Positions 1 to 10,380 of a stretch of 64,000 nt of DNA are shown piece by piece. A program made the translations under genes and the position numbers. Every line of letters begins with the position of its first letter. The first letter of the stretch is position 1. Source of the DNA: an uncultured Candidatus Saccharibacteria bacterium (lineage in GTDB: Bacteria; Patescibacteriota; Andersenbacteria; UBA10190); assembly GCA_964610055.1 (NCBI GenBank), contig CAZSUC010000001.1, positions 588,977 through 652,976 of the forward strand, read 5' to 3'. The notes beneath the pieces were generated by a model. The model was not told where the DNA came from, ran no database searches, and saw nothing but the letters and a program-made list of their open reading frames with translations.

Positions 1-1
1 A

Positions 2-307
2 GAAATAGTCGTTCTTCCTCACCGCTCCGCCACCCAATCAGCCATCGCCGCCTTAGCCATAGCCGCAGCTAAACCGATTATCGCATCCCGTACCGGCGCC
101 ATCCCTGAATTATTAGAAGATAATCGCACTGCCATCCTAACTAAGCCTAATGACCCCGAATCGCTTGCTAGTGCTATCAAGCAGCTCCTTAATAACCCTC
201 TCAAACAAAAAACTCTGCGCCTGAATGCCTTCCAAGACTCTCGCGAACGTTTATCTTGGAATAAAGTCAGCCAAAAATATATTGATCTTTACTCTTCCTT
301 ATTATGA
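2..307 (+). CDS. Glycosyltransferase family 4-like protein, C-terminal fragment (5' end outside window)
   Basis: The open frame from the window edge reads ...AKPIIASRTGAIPELLEDNRTAILTKPNDPESLASAIKQLL..., the typical GT4 C-terminal pattern. The stop overlaps the next ATG (TTATGA at 302-307). Confidence 0.55.
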   Translation, partial: EIVVLPHRSATQSAIAALAIAAAKPIIASRTGAIPELLEDNRTAILTKPNDPESLASAIKQLLNNPLKQKTLRLNAFQDSRERLSWNKVSQKYIDLYSSLL

Positions 308-1221
308 TTCCTGGTCTCTCTATAATCATTCCCACTTACAATCGGTCCCTATATTTAAACCGCCTACTTAACGCACTTACTGCTCAGTCATTGCGCCCAA
401 ATCAAATAATTATCGTGGATGACCACTCGTCCGACGACACGAAGAAAGTTGTAATTAGTCTGCAAGAAAAATTTCCCGAAATACAATATGCCCTTAATCA
501 GGGCCACTACCAACGAGACGGCAAAAAAACTGGCCTTGCGCTAGCCAACCAACCTTACCTTGGATTTTTAGACGACGACATTATTATTGAAGACCAGGAT
601 TTTATAAAAAAATTATTACCTTACCTAAAACCTGACCGCCTTATCCAAGCCAAGGTTATTCTTGAAAACCTTGGTTATCAAAACGTCCTTCAAACAAACT
701 GGCGTGACCATATTGCTCACCGCCCCTATCCAATCCTAGAACTAATTACCGGACGTTTTCACGCCGGCTCTCGCCCTCGATTTACATTTCCAACAATCGA
801 ATTCGGCATCTTCGTTCACAAAAACCATGCCCCTCATTTAATTGACGACAATCTCATTAAGGACGCTTACGGAGAAAGTTACGCTTCTTCAATTAAGCTT
901 TTCCAAAAAGGAATCCCCACCCTCCTCGTACCAGAGCTTGTCATCCGCCACCCCGGTGCCCCCTCTGGAGGGTCAAGTCGGTTTAACCGTATGTCTATGT
1001 TAAAAAACTTTACTGAATTCCATGAAGGTTACTTCTATAACATGATTTACATCCATAGCCGCTACCTACCAGCATGGATATGTCTCTGGCTGCCGTTTTA
1101 CTTGATAAAATCACTGATCGCTCTTGCGGTTAATCACAACTTATCCGGCTGGTACTCTTATGCCATCATACCCATCTCAAAATCCTTATTCCGAAACTTC
1201 TTTCGAAGGCACTATGTCTAA
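304..1221 (+). CDS. Glycosyltransferase family 2
   Basis: N-terminal LSIIIPTYNRSLYLNRLL...IIIVDDHSSDDT matches the GT2 (GT-A, DxD-type) signature. 305-aa ORF. Confidence 0.8.
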   Translation: MIPGLSIIIPTYNRSLYLNRLLNALTAQSLRPNQIIIVDDHSSDDTKKVVISLQEKFPEIQYALNQGHYQRDGKKTGLALANQPYLGFLDDDIIIEDQDFIKKLLPYLKPDRLIQAKVILENLGYQNVLQTNWRDHIAHRPYPILELITGRFHAGSRPRFTFPTIEFGIFVHKNHAPHLIDDNLIKDAYGESYASSIKLFQKGIPTLLVPELVIRHPGAPSGGSSRFNRMSMLKNFTEFHEGYFYNMIYIHSRYLPAWICLWLPFYLIKSLIALAVNHNLSGWYSYAIIPISKSLFRNFFRRHYV

Positions 1222-2278
1222 CCAACCCTCTCTTCACTTCTTTGCATGGGTCGGCGAATCATCCGGCGGAGCCGCTAAAATAGTTTACGACCTCGCCCTC
1301 ACCGCTTCTCAAAAAGGCTTTTTAGTCACTCTAGGGGTTTTTAAAAAAAATCCTGAATATTCCCTACCCCAAATCGTTATTCCTATACCCGCCTTTGTAC
1401 CTTCGTCATTTAAGTCTTTACTTGCTTCCTTTGTCTTCCAAATCATCCATGCTCACCGCTTCCACATCGTATATGCCCATACCCTCGGTTTCTGGAAAAA
1501 TAACCACAACAAACTCTTCGTCCATGATGCGGCCGACCTAGACGAAAAATACCGCCAAATTCCCGACCAAGTCCACCGCTTGGCTTACAGTTTTTGGTCA
1601 TGGCTTTACCTAAATACCTGCCTGCGGCAAGCCGACACAGTTTTTGCGGCCACCCAAAAATTTTATGCATATTTGCAAAAACATAACATTGACACTGAAC
1701 GTATTCTTCTTAGCGGATCATACTTTGACCAAAATATTTTTCACTTCTCACCCTGCTCGCACCCCCGGCAGCCTTTTAAAATACTCTTTGTCGGCCGGCC
1801 TGATGATCCTGCCAAAAACTTCGTCTATTTGCGCCAACACCTTTACAAAGTTCCTCATCTCCAACTAACAGTCATCGGAGGAACTAAGTCATATAAAGAC
1901 CATAACTTCCGTTTCCTGGCCGCCTCCTCACCCCAAACCGTAGCCAAACACATGCACGCTTCGCATTTATTTATTCTTCCCTCAATATCTGAGGGTTTTC
2001 CGCTAGTCCTGTTAGAAGCACTTGCTTCTGGACTACCATGCTTAGCCTCTGCCGCTTCAATCCCAGCCGAACTGTCACATATAAACTCGCTCCACGTCTT
2101 TGATATCACTACCACTCCTCTACCTGCAATTCAAAACATCATGGACAACTATCCTTCTATTACCAAGCCCCCGGCCGTTCTCGCTCAGTTCCATAAAGAC
2201 CGAATCCTCAATCTGGAATGCCACGCTATCCTCCACTCTTTTGACACCGACCCACTGCCCAATAATACCAACTTTTAG
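1214..2278 (+). CDS. Glycosyltransferase family 4
   Basis: C-terminal PSISEGFPLVLLEALASGLPCLAS is the GT4 E-x7-E region. The start is moved to ATG 1214 (MSNQPSLHFF...), which overlaps the upstream stop by 8 nt. Confidence 0.8.
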   Translation: MSNQPSLHFFAWVGESSGGAAKIVYDLALTASQKGFLVTLGVFKKNPEYSLPQIVIPIPAFVPSSFKSLLASFVFQIIHAHRFHIVYAHTLGFWKNNHNKLFVHDAADLDEKYRQIPDQVHRLAYSFWSWLYLNTCLRQADTVFAATQKFYAYLQKHNIDTERILLSGSYFDQNIFHFSPCSHPRQPFKILFVGRPDDPAKNFVYLRQHLYKVPHLQLTVIGGTKSYKDHNFRFLAASSPQTVAKHMHASHLFILPSISEGFPLVLLEALASGLPCLASAASIPAELSHINSLHVFDITTTPLPAIQNIMDNYPSITKPPAVLAQFHKDRILNLECHAILHSFDTDPLPNNTNF

Positions 2279-3038
2279 GCATTAACCCAGTTACCAGAAT
2301 TTCTCGAAAATATACCGGTATATTACTCGCCCATCCAGGATAATCTTTACGATATTGGTATGCCGCCGTTAAGAATAACCAGTACTGGCGCATTTTATGC
2401 TTTCCTGAAACTGTCCGAGTACTTACCCGATGCGACATGCCACACATACTTAAATTACATAGCCTATATTCCGTCCCAATCCTTAACCACAGCTCATAAT
2501 CCTGAGCATACTGTCTTTTTTCGTCATACCCTCCTAACCGCTGTAACGCTTCTCGCCTTACACAAACACTTGCGTGACCAAATGGGTTCTCACGTAGCAT
2601 TATTTTGCGAATTTCCGCATCTTGCTCCGGCATTCTTAACTGGTATAAGGCATTTCCCTTATCGTCTATCACCTGATACTGAGTTCCACATACCCCCAGC
2701 TTCGGATCCGCTTCAAATACTCGCACTTGTTCCTCTAACTTAGCCAGACTAATCCAAACATCATCGTCATCAATCCTAGCAATATATTTCCCTTGTGACC
2801 GGCTAATACCTACGTTTAACGATCTAGTTAAACCTAATCTCTTTTGGTTCACGACAATCTTAATTCGATTATCACCGATACTCTTTACCACATCAGCCGT
2901 ACCATCGTCTGAACCATCATCAATCACAATTAGCTCCCAGTCTAACAACGACTGTTCTTGCACGCTCTTAATTGCGTCGCGGATCCGATTCGCCCCATTA
3001 TAGGTCGCTAAAACCACCGAAACGATCGGTTCCCCCAT
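2226..3038 (-). CDS. Glycosyltransferase family 2
   Basis: VSVVLATYNGANRIRDAIKSVQEQSLLDWELIVIDDGSDDGT is a GT2 signature. Confidence 0.85.
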   Translation of the reverse strand: MGEPIVSVVLATYNGANRIRDAIKSVQEQSLLDWELIVIDDGSDDGTADVVKSIGDNRIKIVVNQKRLGLTRSLNVGISRSQGKYIARIDDDDVWISLAKLEEQVRVFEADPKLGVCGTQYQVIDDKGNALYQLRMPEQDAEIRKIMLRENPFGHASVCVRREALQRLGGYDEKRQYAQDYELWLRIGTEYRLCNLSMCGMSHRVSTRTVSGKHKMRQYWLFLTAAYQYRKDYPGWASNIPVYFREILVTGLMPKSWYYWAVGRCQKSGG

Positions 3039-3039
3039 A

Positions 3040-3984
3040 TTAAGCGTTTATGTTAGAGCGATACCAATCCAACGATTTCTTCAACCCATGTTCAAAATCT
3101 ATCTTTGGTTCATATCCTAAGTCGCGCTTAGCTTTACGTATGTCGGCTCGCGTACCTAAAATATCTCCGGCCCGCTTCGGAAGCCTCTTAACTTCCGGAT
3201 CAACTTTTAACAACTCTTTAAGATTTTGCAACAATTCATTAATGCTAGTTGTTTGGCCCATACCGATATTATATGCTTCTCCGCTCCGAACTTTTAAACT
3301 AGTTGCCGCTTTTAAGTTAGCCTGTACTACATTTGCCACATATGTAAAATCGCGACTTTGACGCCCGTGCCAATGCACCTCTACCGGTTCACCAGTTAGC
3401 AACGCCTGGGTCATAAGAGGAATTACAGCCGCATACGCCGAATCCGGTCTCTGGCGCGGACCAAATACGTTAAAATAACGTAAGCACACGGTTTCTAATC
3501 CATACAAATCACTAAATAGACGTGCATAATACTCCCCGGTCAGCTTACTAAGTGCATACGGAGACTCCGGATGCGTAGGCATTTTTTCGTTATTTAAATT
3601 GGCCTTAAGAGAACCATACACAGAAGAAGATGAAGCTAATACTACTCTCTTCACCCCCGCTTCTTTTGCACCTAACAAAACTTGCAGTGTGCCACCGATA
3701 TTCACTTCGTTCGTATCCCAAGGATCTTCCACTGACCGCTGCACTGCTCGCAACGCCGCCTGGTGCAACACATAATCCACTCTCTTCATTGCCCGATTAA
3801 CTACTAACGGATCTGTAACCGATCCTTCAAAAACCGTAATTTTATCCCGAACCAAATCTAAATTTTCTTGTCTACCGGTAATAAAATTATCCAAAACTGC
3901 TACTTTGTGACGACGCTTGACCAGCTCCGTCACAATATGTGAACCAATAAATCCCGCCCCACCCGTGACTAGATAATACGCCAT
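3040..3984 (-). CDS. NAD-dependent sugar-nucleotide epimerase/dehydratase (extended SDR)
   Basis: Carries LVTGGAGFIGSH (Rossmann GxxGxxG) and the YALSK catalytic YxxxK motif. 314 aa. Confidence 0.85.
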   Translation of the reverse strand: MAYYLVTGGAGFIGSHIVTELVKRRHKVAVLDNFITGRQENLDLVRDKITVFEGSVTDPLVVNRAMKRVDYVLHQAALRAVQRSVEDPWDTNEVNIGGTLQVLLGAKEAGVKRVVLASSSSVYGSLKANLNNEKMPTHPESPYALSKLTGEYYARLFSDLYGLETVCLRYFNVFGPRQRPDSAYAAVIPLMTQALLTGEPVEVHWHGRQSRDFTYVANVVQANLKAATSLKVRSGEAYNIGMGQTTSINELLQNLKELLKVDPEVKRLPKRAGDILGTRADIRKAKRDLGYEPKIDFEHGLKKSLDWYRSNINA

Positions 3985-4028
3985 AATCGTGCTTTAGTGA
4001 TTATACCCACACAATAAGGGCAATTCCT

Positions 4029-5003
4029 ATGAAACGCAAAGTTTGGATTCCATACGACTGGGCCGAAATCGGCGGCCCGTCTTCTTTTTTATCATCCTTT
4101 AAATCAGGACTGGTAAACTTTGGTTTTTCTGTTTCAGCCCGACCTAACATATCTTTTGACACGCTGTTTATTATGTCCGCCTGTCCGTTATCTTATGTTA
4201 TCCTTGCAAAACTGCTAAGACGACGCATTGTTCAACGCCTTGACGGCGTTTATCACCCTGGCCTCCCGGGCCGAAACGGCCGCCTTTATTGGTTTAAAAA
4301 TTTACGCGCCCAAATCATCCATAATTACCTAGCAAATCATATTATTTACCAAAGTCAATTCAGCCAAAAGGCTTGTCATCTTCTTTTAGGAAAACCTAGC
4401 GGCCAAACTTCAATCATCTATAATGCCATCGCCTATAAATTTCCAGCACGCGCCCCAATTAGTCGTAAAAATATCCGCCTCATTACTTTTGCTAATTGGC
4501 GCCGCTTAGACCAAATCGATCCCATTATTAAAGTAATATCATTACTACCAGACAATTTTACCTTGGACATAGCCGGCCCTGCCTCCCCCTCCTTACAATC
4601 AGTTCTAACTCAAGCCAAATCGCACTCCCGCATTACCTACTTAAGCAAGATACCCCATGAAGAACTACTCTTGCGTCTCAATCAATACGACATTTTTCTA
4701 TTCTCCGACCAATCAGCCTGTCCTCACAGCGTCCTAGAAGCTCTTGCTGCCGGCCTCCCTGTCGTCGCTTTTGATCGCGGTGCCTCTGCCGAGCTTGTTC
4801 AAACTGGACAAACCGGCGAAATTATCCCTCTGCCTCCTCATAACCCTTTTAAAGATAGCTACCAATTTTCTGACCAGGATATTAGTGCATTTACTCACGC
4901 TATAACCAAAACTGCCAATAATCTCGTCGAATACCAAAAACACACATCTGAACACCAAACTGGCTACCATGATATGCTTCAAGCATACGCCAATCTACTT
5001 TAA
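4029..5003 (+). CDS. Glycosyltransferase family 4-like
   Basis: The C-terminal region reads HSVLEALAAGLPVVAFDRGASAELVQTGQTGEII. Confidence 0.75.
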   Translation: MKRKVWIPYDWAEIGGPSSFLSSFKSGLVNFGFSVSARPNISFDTLFIMSACPLSYVILAKLLRRRIVQRLDGVYHPGLPGRNGRLYWFKNLRAQIIHNYLANHIIYQSQFSQKACHLLLGKPSGQTSIIYNAIAYKFPARAPISRKNIRLITFANWRRLDQIDPIIKVISLLPDNFTLDIAGPASPSLQSVLTQAKSHSRITYLSKIPHEELLLRLNQYDIFLFSDQSACPHSVLEALAAGLPVVAFDRGASAELVQTGQTGEIIPLPPHNPFKDSYQFSDQDISAFTHAITKTANNLVEYQKHTSEHQTGYHDMLQAYANLL

Positions 5004-5014
5004 CCCTGCTCTCT

Positions 5015-5674
5015 ATGCCTGTTATCTCACTATTGCTTCTTAAACTTCAAAAATCATCTTGGCGTCTCGTTATATTGCGCCACCTGCTTGACTACGATAA
5101 CCATCTGCGCCGTTGGATTACTTTCTTTGCCATGGAAAAAGGTATCCACCCGAAACACCGCCTAACTCGCTACCACGATTTTTTTCTGGACCACATCTCT
5201 GCTAACCAATCCGTCTTAGACGTTGGCTGTGGCGCAGGCTACCTCGCCTATGATATTGCTTCTAAATCCGTCTCTATTACCGGAATCGATATTAACCCGG
5301 TTTCCATCAAACACGCCCGCCGAAATTCGCTCCCAAATATTAAATTCATTGTCGGCGACGCCACCGTTTATACCTTTCCGAACACATTTGACGTTTTAGT
5401 GTTAAGTAACGTTCTTGAACACATTCAAAACCGTCCTGAATTTCTGAAAAAACTAAAACACTTAGCCCCTAAAATTCTTATCCGCGTACCCATGATTGAC
5501 CGTGATTGGACAGTACCACTAAAAAAAGAAATGAACCTCGAATACTGCTTAGATCCTACTCATGAAATCGAATACACTGAATCCATATTCCGCCAAGAAA
5601 TGGCCGCCGCCAAACTATGTGTACAAGAGCTAAGTATTCGTTGGGGAGAAATATACGCTGTTGTCACTGCCTGA
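5015..5674 (+). CDS. Class I SAM-dependent methyltransferase
   Basis: Motif I is VLDVGCGAGYLAYDIA, and the downstream VLVLSNVLEHI segment fits the family. The exact start is uncertain. Confidence 0.75.
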   Translation: MPVISLLLLKLQKSSWRLVILRHLLDYDNHLRRWITFFAMEKGIHPKHRLTRYHDFFLDHISANQSVLDVGCGAGYLAYDIASKSVSITGIDINPVSIKHARRNSLPNIKFIVGDATVYTFPNTFDVLVLSNVLEHIQNRPEFLKKLKHLAPKILIRVPMIDRDWTVPLKKEMNLEYCLDPTHEIEYTESIFRQEMAAAKLCVQELSIRWGEIYAVVTA

Positions 5675-5675
5675 C

Positions 5676-6470
5676 ATGAAAAAATATTACGACCGACAAC
5701 ACCACCGACTGGTTTATCTACATACTCAGGCCAACTCTTCATTTTGGGATAACCAGTGGCAATCCCCCCGTCTTAAAGAAAAAATTCTAGCTGACAGTCG
5801 TAATCCTTTCTATGTACACATCACTCGACGTTATCTACCAGTCATAAATCCCGCCCCTAAAATTTTAGAAGGTGGCTGCGGGCAAGGAGCAGTCGTACTC
5901 AGCCTCCTCCAAGCCGGATATAAATCTGAAGGAATAGACTTTGCTCATAAAACTATCACCAAAGTAAACCAAATTTTCCCTAACCTGCCCCTTCAAACCG
6001 GCGACGTCACAAAACTACCTTATTCCTCCAACTACTTTGACGGTTACTGGTCATTAGGAGTAATTGAGCACGATTACAATGGATTTACTGCCCTAATTCA
6101 CGAAGCCCACCGCGTTCTCAAATCAAATGGATACCTTTTTCTCACTTTCCCCTACATGTCATTTACCCGAAAAACTAAAGCCGCTTTAGGCTTGTACCCC
6201 GACTGGCACGCCTCATCAACCAACCTCAGTAATTTTTACCAATTTGCCTTAGACCACCTGCAAACTTTAAACGAAATTACAAAATTTGGTTTTGTAGTTA
6301 AAGCAGGGAATCCAATCGATGGATATAAAGGCTTCCAGGAAGAAATACCCATCTCCCAACCCCTGATCAAATTAATTAAACGGCTCCCGCGTCCGCTGCC
6401 GTACGCCCTCTCTACCCTCCTCACGCCAGTTAGCGGACATATTTACCTTGCCGTCTTTCAAAAACAATAA
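5676..6470 (+). CDS. Class I SAM-dependent methyltransferase
   Basis: Motif I is ILEGGCGQGAVVLSLL, and GVIEHDYNG is also present. ATG 5676 lies 1 nt after the upstream TGA, which makes it more plausible than 5661. Confidence 0.75.
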   Translation: MKKYYDRQHHRLVYLHTQANSSFWDNQWQSPRLKEKILADSRNPFYVHITRRYLPVINPAPKILEGGCGQGAVVLSLLQAGYKSEGIDFAHKTITKVNQIFPNLPLQTGDVTKLPYSSNYFDGYWSLGVIEHDYNGFTALIHEAHRVLKSNGYLFLTFPYMSFTRKTKAALGLYPDWHASSTNLSNFYQFALDHLQTLNEITKFGFVVKAGNPIDGYKGFQEEIPISQPLIKLIKRLPRPLPYALSTLLTPVSGHIYLAVFQKQ

Positions 6471-7493
6471 TTACTTCTTAGAAACAATAGTCTTCCCCAT
6501 ACTCTTTTCCGTATCTAATTTGCCATAACGAACATGAAAATTATCTGCAATATAGCCTAAAACGTCTTTGCGTTCTTGTACGCCTTGGATTGTATCGAGC
6601 CCCGCTCCCTCGCCCAAAATGTAATCAAATACCAAAATACCATTATCTTCTAACGCCTCATGCATTCGTTTAACTGTATCCAGCGGCCTATTCAAATGTT
6701 CAAACACAGTCATACAATAAATCACTTCTACTTTTCCTTCTGTTTTTAACTGGAATTCATCCGCCGGATCTAATACCAGCGGAAACACATTCTGATTACA
6801 TCCCAACTTATACGCTCCAAAATGAAATGCTAGCGTCGCAATATCACTAATAAATATTAACCCTTGTCTGCTTTTAGGCCAAAATTCCAACAACGTGGTA
6901 GTAATTGGAGCAGTCCCGCACCCGAATTCTAAACTCTTAGCTGGCCAACGCGGCGCTACTTGTCCCATCAAATTTAATAATGCTAATTCATTAGCACGCG
7001 ACTCCTTGTAAACCAAGTGTAGCAACTGGTACAAAACTTCTGGCTGCTGCCAAGCGCTTAAATGCTGCTCCGCCCCCGCCGCTCCCGGTACGTTGCTTTG
7101 TTGAAACTTCAATCGATACCAACTACGCAAAAAGTATAAATCCTCTGGCCCCCACAACGGTCTTCCTCCCAACACCTGGGACCAGTAGCGCTGAAAGACT
7201 TCAAACCAAGACTGATCCAATCCAGTTCTCCGCCACCAATGCCACGCATAATTCCTAGCTCTTAACGGCAACCAGCTAGTTCTATACACTTTATGAAATG
7301 GGTCTTTCAACCAATCATCAGATACATCTTCTCGATTTTCCGGCGGATATTGCGCGTATAGCTCAGATACATTCACTTGCATATTTCCATACCCATCCTT
7401 ATCTAAATCTATATTCTCATTACTCAACATCTGATATATTGTGCACGAGATGACCATACCTGCCAATAGCAAACCAATTAGATTTTTTCCCAT
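6471..7493 (-). CDS. Membrane-anchored class I SAM-dependent methyltransferase
   Basis: Motif I is LEFGCGTAPITTTL, followed by CMTVFEHLNRP, with an N-terminal hydrophobic helix GLLLAGMVISC. The ORF is open up to 7571 and start choice (7493, 7457 or 7430) is uncertain. Confidence 0.7.
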   Translation of the reverse strand: MGKNLIGLLLAGMVISCTIYQMLSNENIDLDKDGYGNMQVNVSELYAQYPPENREDVSDDWLKDPFHKVYRTSWLPLRARNYAWHWWRRTGLDQSWFEVFQRYWSQVLGGRPLWGPEDLYFLRSWYRLKFQQSNVPGAAGAEQHLSAWQQPEVLYQLLHLVYKESRANELALLNLMGQVAPRWPAKSLEFGCGTAPITTTLLEFWPKSRQGLIFISDIATLAFHFGAYKLGCNQNVFPLVLDPADEFQLKTEGKVEVIYCMTVFEHLNRPLDTVKRMHEALEDNGILVFDYILGEGAGLDTIQGVQERKDVLGYIADNFHVRYGKLDTEKSMGKTIVSKK

Positions 7494-8460
7494 TGCCGAC
7501 ACCGCTAGTGGCTGGTATCCTGACCGAGCCTTACAAGAATTTAAACAAGCCTCCTCCCTAAAGCTTGTCACTTCCCCTCACCAAGCAGACCTAATTTGGA
7601 TATTCTCTTACTACTTATCTCTTAATCCAATTTTGTCATGGCCACACCTGCGCCATCTTCTAAACCAACCACCCCTACGACATAAATCTTTAACACACAC
7701 GCCCGTCATTACTACTATTCACCACCTCTCCCCGCAGAAAAAAAATATCTGGCATCCAATCATAACTAACCTGGAACACATCACCGACTATTGGCATACA
7801 GCCAACCCAACAGGGCACGCGACTATTTCCAGCATCAGCTCAAAACCCATTATAGATTTACCTTATTGGATTGATACCAATCTTTTTCAGCCTTTCACGT
7901 CCAGCCAAAAACAAGCTAATCGCCAAAAGTTAAACATCCCCAAAGACCATTTAATCATTGGTAGTTTTCAACGTGACACTGAAGCAGACGGACAGACCCC
8001 CAAGCTGGACAAAGGTCCCGACATCTTCTGCGATATTATCGCTAAAATCCCGCAACCAGTCTTCGTAGTACTCACAGGAACTCGTCGCCAATATGTGGAA
8101 AAACGCCTAAAATCGGATAATATTCCGTATCTTAATGTTGGACATGTGCCCTATCATGATCTTCCCCGCTTATATTCCATCCTTGACTATTATTTAGTCA
8201 CCGCTCGCCTGGAAGGCGGCCCCCAGTCTATTCTTGAAACTATGGCAACCAATACCCCTATCCTTAGCACCTCGGTTGGTATATCCGGCCTCCTGCACTC
8301 CTCCGCTATTTTCTCGCCGGAATCCTTTACCCCTGATATTCTTCGCGCTGCCAACTCACCTCAAGTCCTTGCTCAACATCTAACTACTGCCACGCAATAT
8401 AGCATACAAAACATTATTCCTCAATACGATCAGGCTTTGGCACAGATATGCACAAACTAA
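7450..8460 (+). CDS. Glycosyltransferase (GT4-like C-terminal half)
   Basis: YLVTARLEGGPQSILETMATNTPILSTSVGISGLL resembles the GT4 nucleotide-sugar binding region. The start is uncertain (GTG 7441 or ATG 7450) and lies in a 5'-5' overlap with the divergent gene. Confidence 0.65.
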   Translation: MTIPANSKPIRFFPIADTASGWYPDRALQEFKQASSLKLVTSPHQADLIWIFSYYLSLNPILSWPHLRHLLNQPPLRHKSLTHTPVITTIHHLSPQKKNIWHPIITNLEHITDYWHTANPTGHATISSISSKPIIDLPYWIDTNLFQPFTSSQKQANRQKLNIPKDHLIIGSFQRDTEADGQTPKLDKGPDIFCDIIAKIPQPVFVVLTGTRRQYVEKRLKSDNIPYLNVGHVPYHDLPRLYSILDYYLVTARLEGGPQSILETMATNTPILSTSVGISGLLHSSAIFSPESFTPDILRAANSPQVLAQHLTTATQYSIQNIIPQYDQALAQICTN

Positions 8461-8461
8461 T

Positions 8462-9490
8462 ATGAAAGTCTTCATCTCCTTCCCAATCAAATCAAAGCCT
8501 TACGGCGGCGCTAACCAGTTTCTCAAAGCACTCGCAAAAGAGTTAGAACTCACTGGTCACTTAACTCAAAATCCTGCAACCGCAAGTTTAATTCTCGTGA
8601 ACGCCAACCCCAGTAACTTATTCTTTGGATTTCAACAAGCCTTACGCTTAAAACAAAAGTTCCCTAAAGCCAAAGCCGTTATCCGAATTGATGGTCCCAT
8701 TTCACTTATTCGGAATACCAATAACACTATTGATAAACTAATTTTAAAACTATCTAACCTCTTGGCCGACGGCATCATCTTTCAGTCGCAATGGAGCGCA
8801 AAACATAACAATCTCATCCAGACGGTCACCGCCCCTAACCAAACCGTTATCTACAACTCTCCGGATAATCACATATTTTATCCGCAAACTACCCCAAAGC
8901 CCAGCGTCCCTATCCGCCTAATTGCGACTTCTTGGTCCTCTAATCAAAACAAAGGTTTTAGCTTTTATAGGTACATTGACGAAAACCTTGATTTTAAAAA
9001 ATACCACATGACCTTTGTCGGCAATGCGCCACAAACTTTTAAAAACATCCGCTGTCTTTCCCCCGTCTCATCTCACCAACTCGCCCACTTACTTAGACAA
9101 AGCGACATCTATATTACCGCTTCACGTAACGACCCCTGTTCTAACGCTCTGATTGAAGCCCTGGCGTGTGGACTTCCCGTCGTTGCCATGAATAGCGGCG
9201 GACACCCTGAGCTAGTCCAAAACAACGGGGAACTATTCCAAAACGCAACCGAATTGATCCAGAAGCTAGAAACAATCATATCTAATTATTCTCGTTACAC
9301 AAATCGGCTTCCCCGCTTTTCAATTAGTCAGACTGCCACCGAATACGTCCAATTTTTTAGCCAGGTTTCAGACACCCGCTCCACTCCCATCTCTATCTGG
9401 AAAACTTATCGTTACTGGACAATATGGGGAAAATACTATTTCACTACCATGGTTTCCGGAATCATCTCCCGAATCTTCCCTAAAATATAG
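8462..9490 (+). CDS. Glycosyltransferase family 4-like
   Basis: Contains ITASRNDPCSNALIEALACGLPVVAMNSGGHPELVQNNGELF. 342 aa. Confidence 0.75.
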   Translation: MKVFISFPIKSKPYGGANQFLKALAKELELTGHLTQNPATASLILVNANPSNLFFGFQQALRLKQKFPKAKAVIRIDGPISLIRNTNNTIDKLILKLSNLLADGIIFQSQWSAKHNNLIQTVTAPNQTVIYNSPDNHIFYPQTTPKPSVPIRLIATSWSSNQNKGFSFYRYIDENLDFKKYHMTFVGNAPQTFKNIRCLSPVSSHQLAHLLRQSDIYITASRNDPCSNALIEALACGLPVVAMNSGGHPELVQNNGELFQNATELIQKLETIISNYSRYTNRLPRFSISQTATEYVQFFSQVSDTRSTPISIWKTYRYWTIWGKYYFTTMVSGIISRIFPKI

Positions 9491-10374
9491 GCTGCTGCTG
9501 CTCCGTTCTGTATGTGTTGCGCAAAGTATTTTAGATTGTTTTTCGATATTTCCTTGCGCAGATTCTCATTTTTCAGGACAGGTAAGAGCTGTTTAGCTTT
9601 CTCCTTATACTCACTGCATAATTTTAAAAACTCAGCAGATGACAAATTATTATCCATTGGTCCGCTTAAACCTAAGCTCATATAGTGCACTTTCTCCCGT
9701 ACCGGAACGGGCCAATATGAAGTCGGCGGATAATCAGCTATCACTGCTCCTCCAATACTCATATAGTCAACCATTTTGAAACTTAGACAATCATGCTTCC
9801 CCCTGTTAAGAACATTCCAACGTGCCTGGCGGTTCCATTCTAACCATTTTTGATACGGCACATTATCTTTCCAAACTTCCACCCCGGCTTCTTGTAATAG
9901 CGCCCCCCACCGCTCATGGTCATCTGAACTCACCATCCTAGCCGCCAGTTTCATTTTAAAAGGCAAAGACGCTAACGCCAAAAACATCGCCACCTTATGA
10001 GGACGCCCCCCTGAAATACCAGCCAGCCAAACAATATCATACACCCTACGTTCCTCAGGAAGCGGGAAATTATGCTTTGTTAATGTCGTGCCGTTTAAAG
10101 ACGACACAACATTAACAGGATACAACCTCCCCGGATCATAATTAGCCTTAAAGTAAACCCCGTACTGCGTCGGATCATAGGCTAAGTCCTTACTATCTGT
10201 CACATCAATCAAATACGGTAAACCGTTGACTTCAAAATAAAAACAAGCCGGAGGACTACTTTTACGCAGATGTGGATATAGCTTAATTTTTCCCTGTCGC
10301 GCCAATTGCCAAAACTGCCGCATCCAAAAGCGGCTATACCAATGCGGATTAATTGCTATCGTGACTTTATCCAT
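9436..10374 (-). CDS. Hypothetical protein, possible glycosyltransferase (candidate nonulosonate transferase)
   Basis: 312-aa ORF with no motif I can name. The C-terminal part (HDCLSFKMVDYMSIGGAVIADYP) loosely resembles exostosin/GT-B-type acceptor-side folds. It lies immediately downstream of pseI. Confidence 0.55.
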   Translation of the reverse strand: MDKVTIAINPHWYSRFWMRQFWQLARQGKIKLYPHLRKSSPPACFYFEVNGLPYLIDVTDSKDLAYDPTQYGVYFKANYDPGRLYPVNVVSSLNGTTLTKHNFPLPEERRVYDIVWLAGISGGRPHKVAMFLALASLPFKMKLAARMVSSDDHERWGALLQEAGVEVWKDNVPYQKWLEWNRQARWNVLNRGKHDCLSFKMVDYMSIGGAVIADYPPTSYWPVPVREKVHYMSLGLSGPMDNNLSSAEFLKLCSEYKEKAKQLLPVLKNENLRKEISKNNLKYFAQHIQNGAAAAYILGKIREMIPETMVVK

Positions 10375-10380
10375 ATAAAG

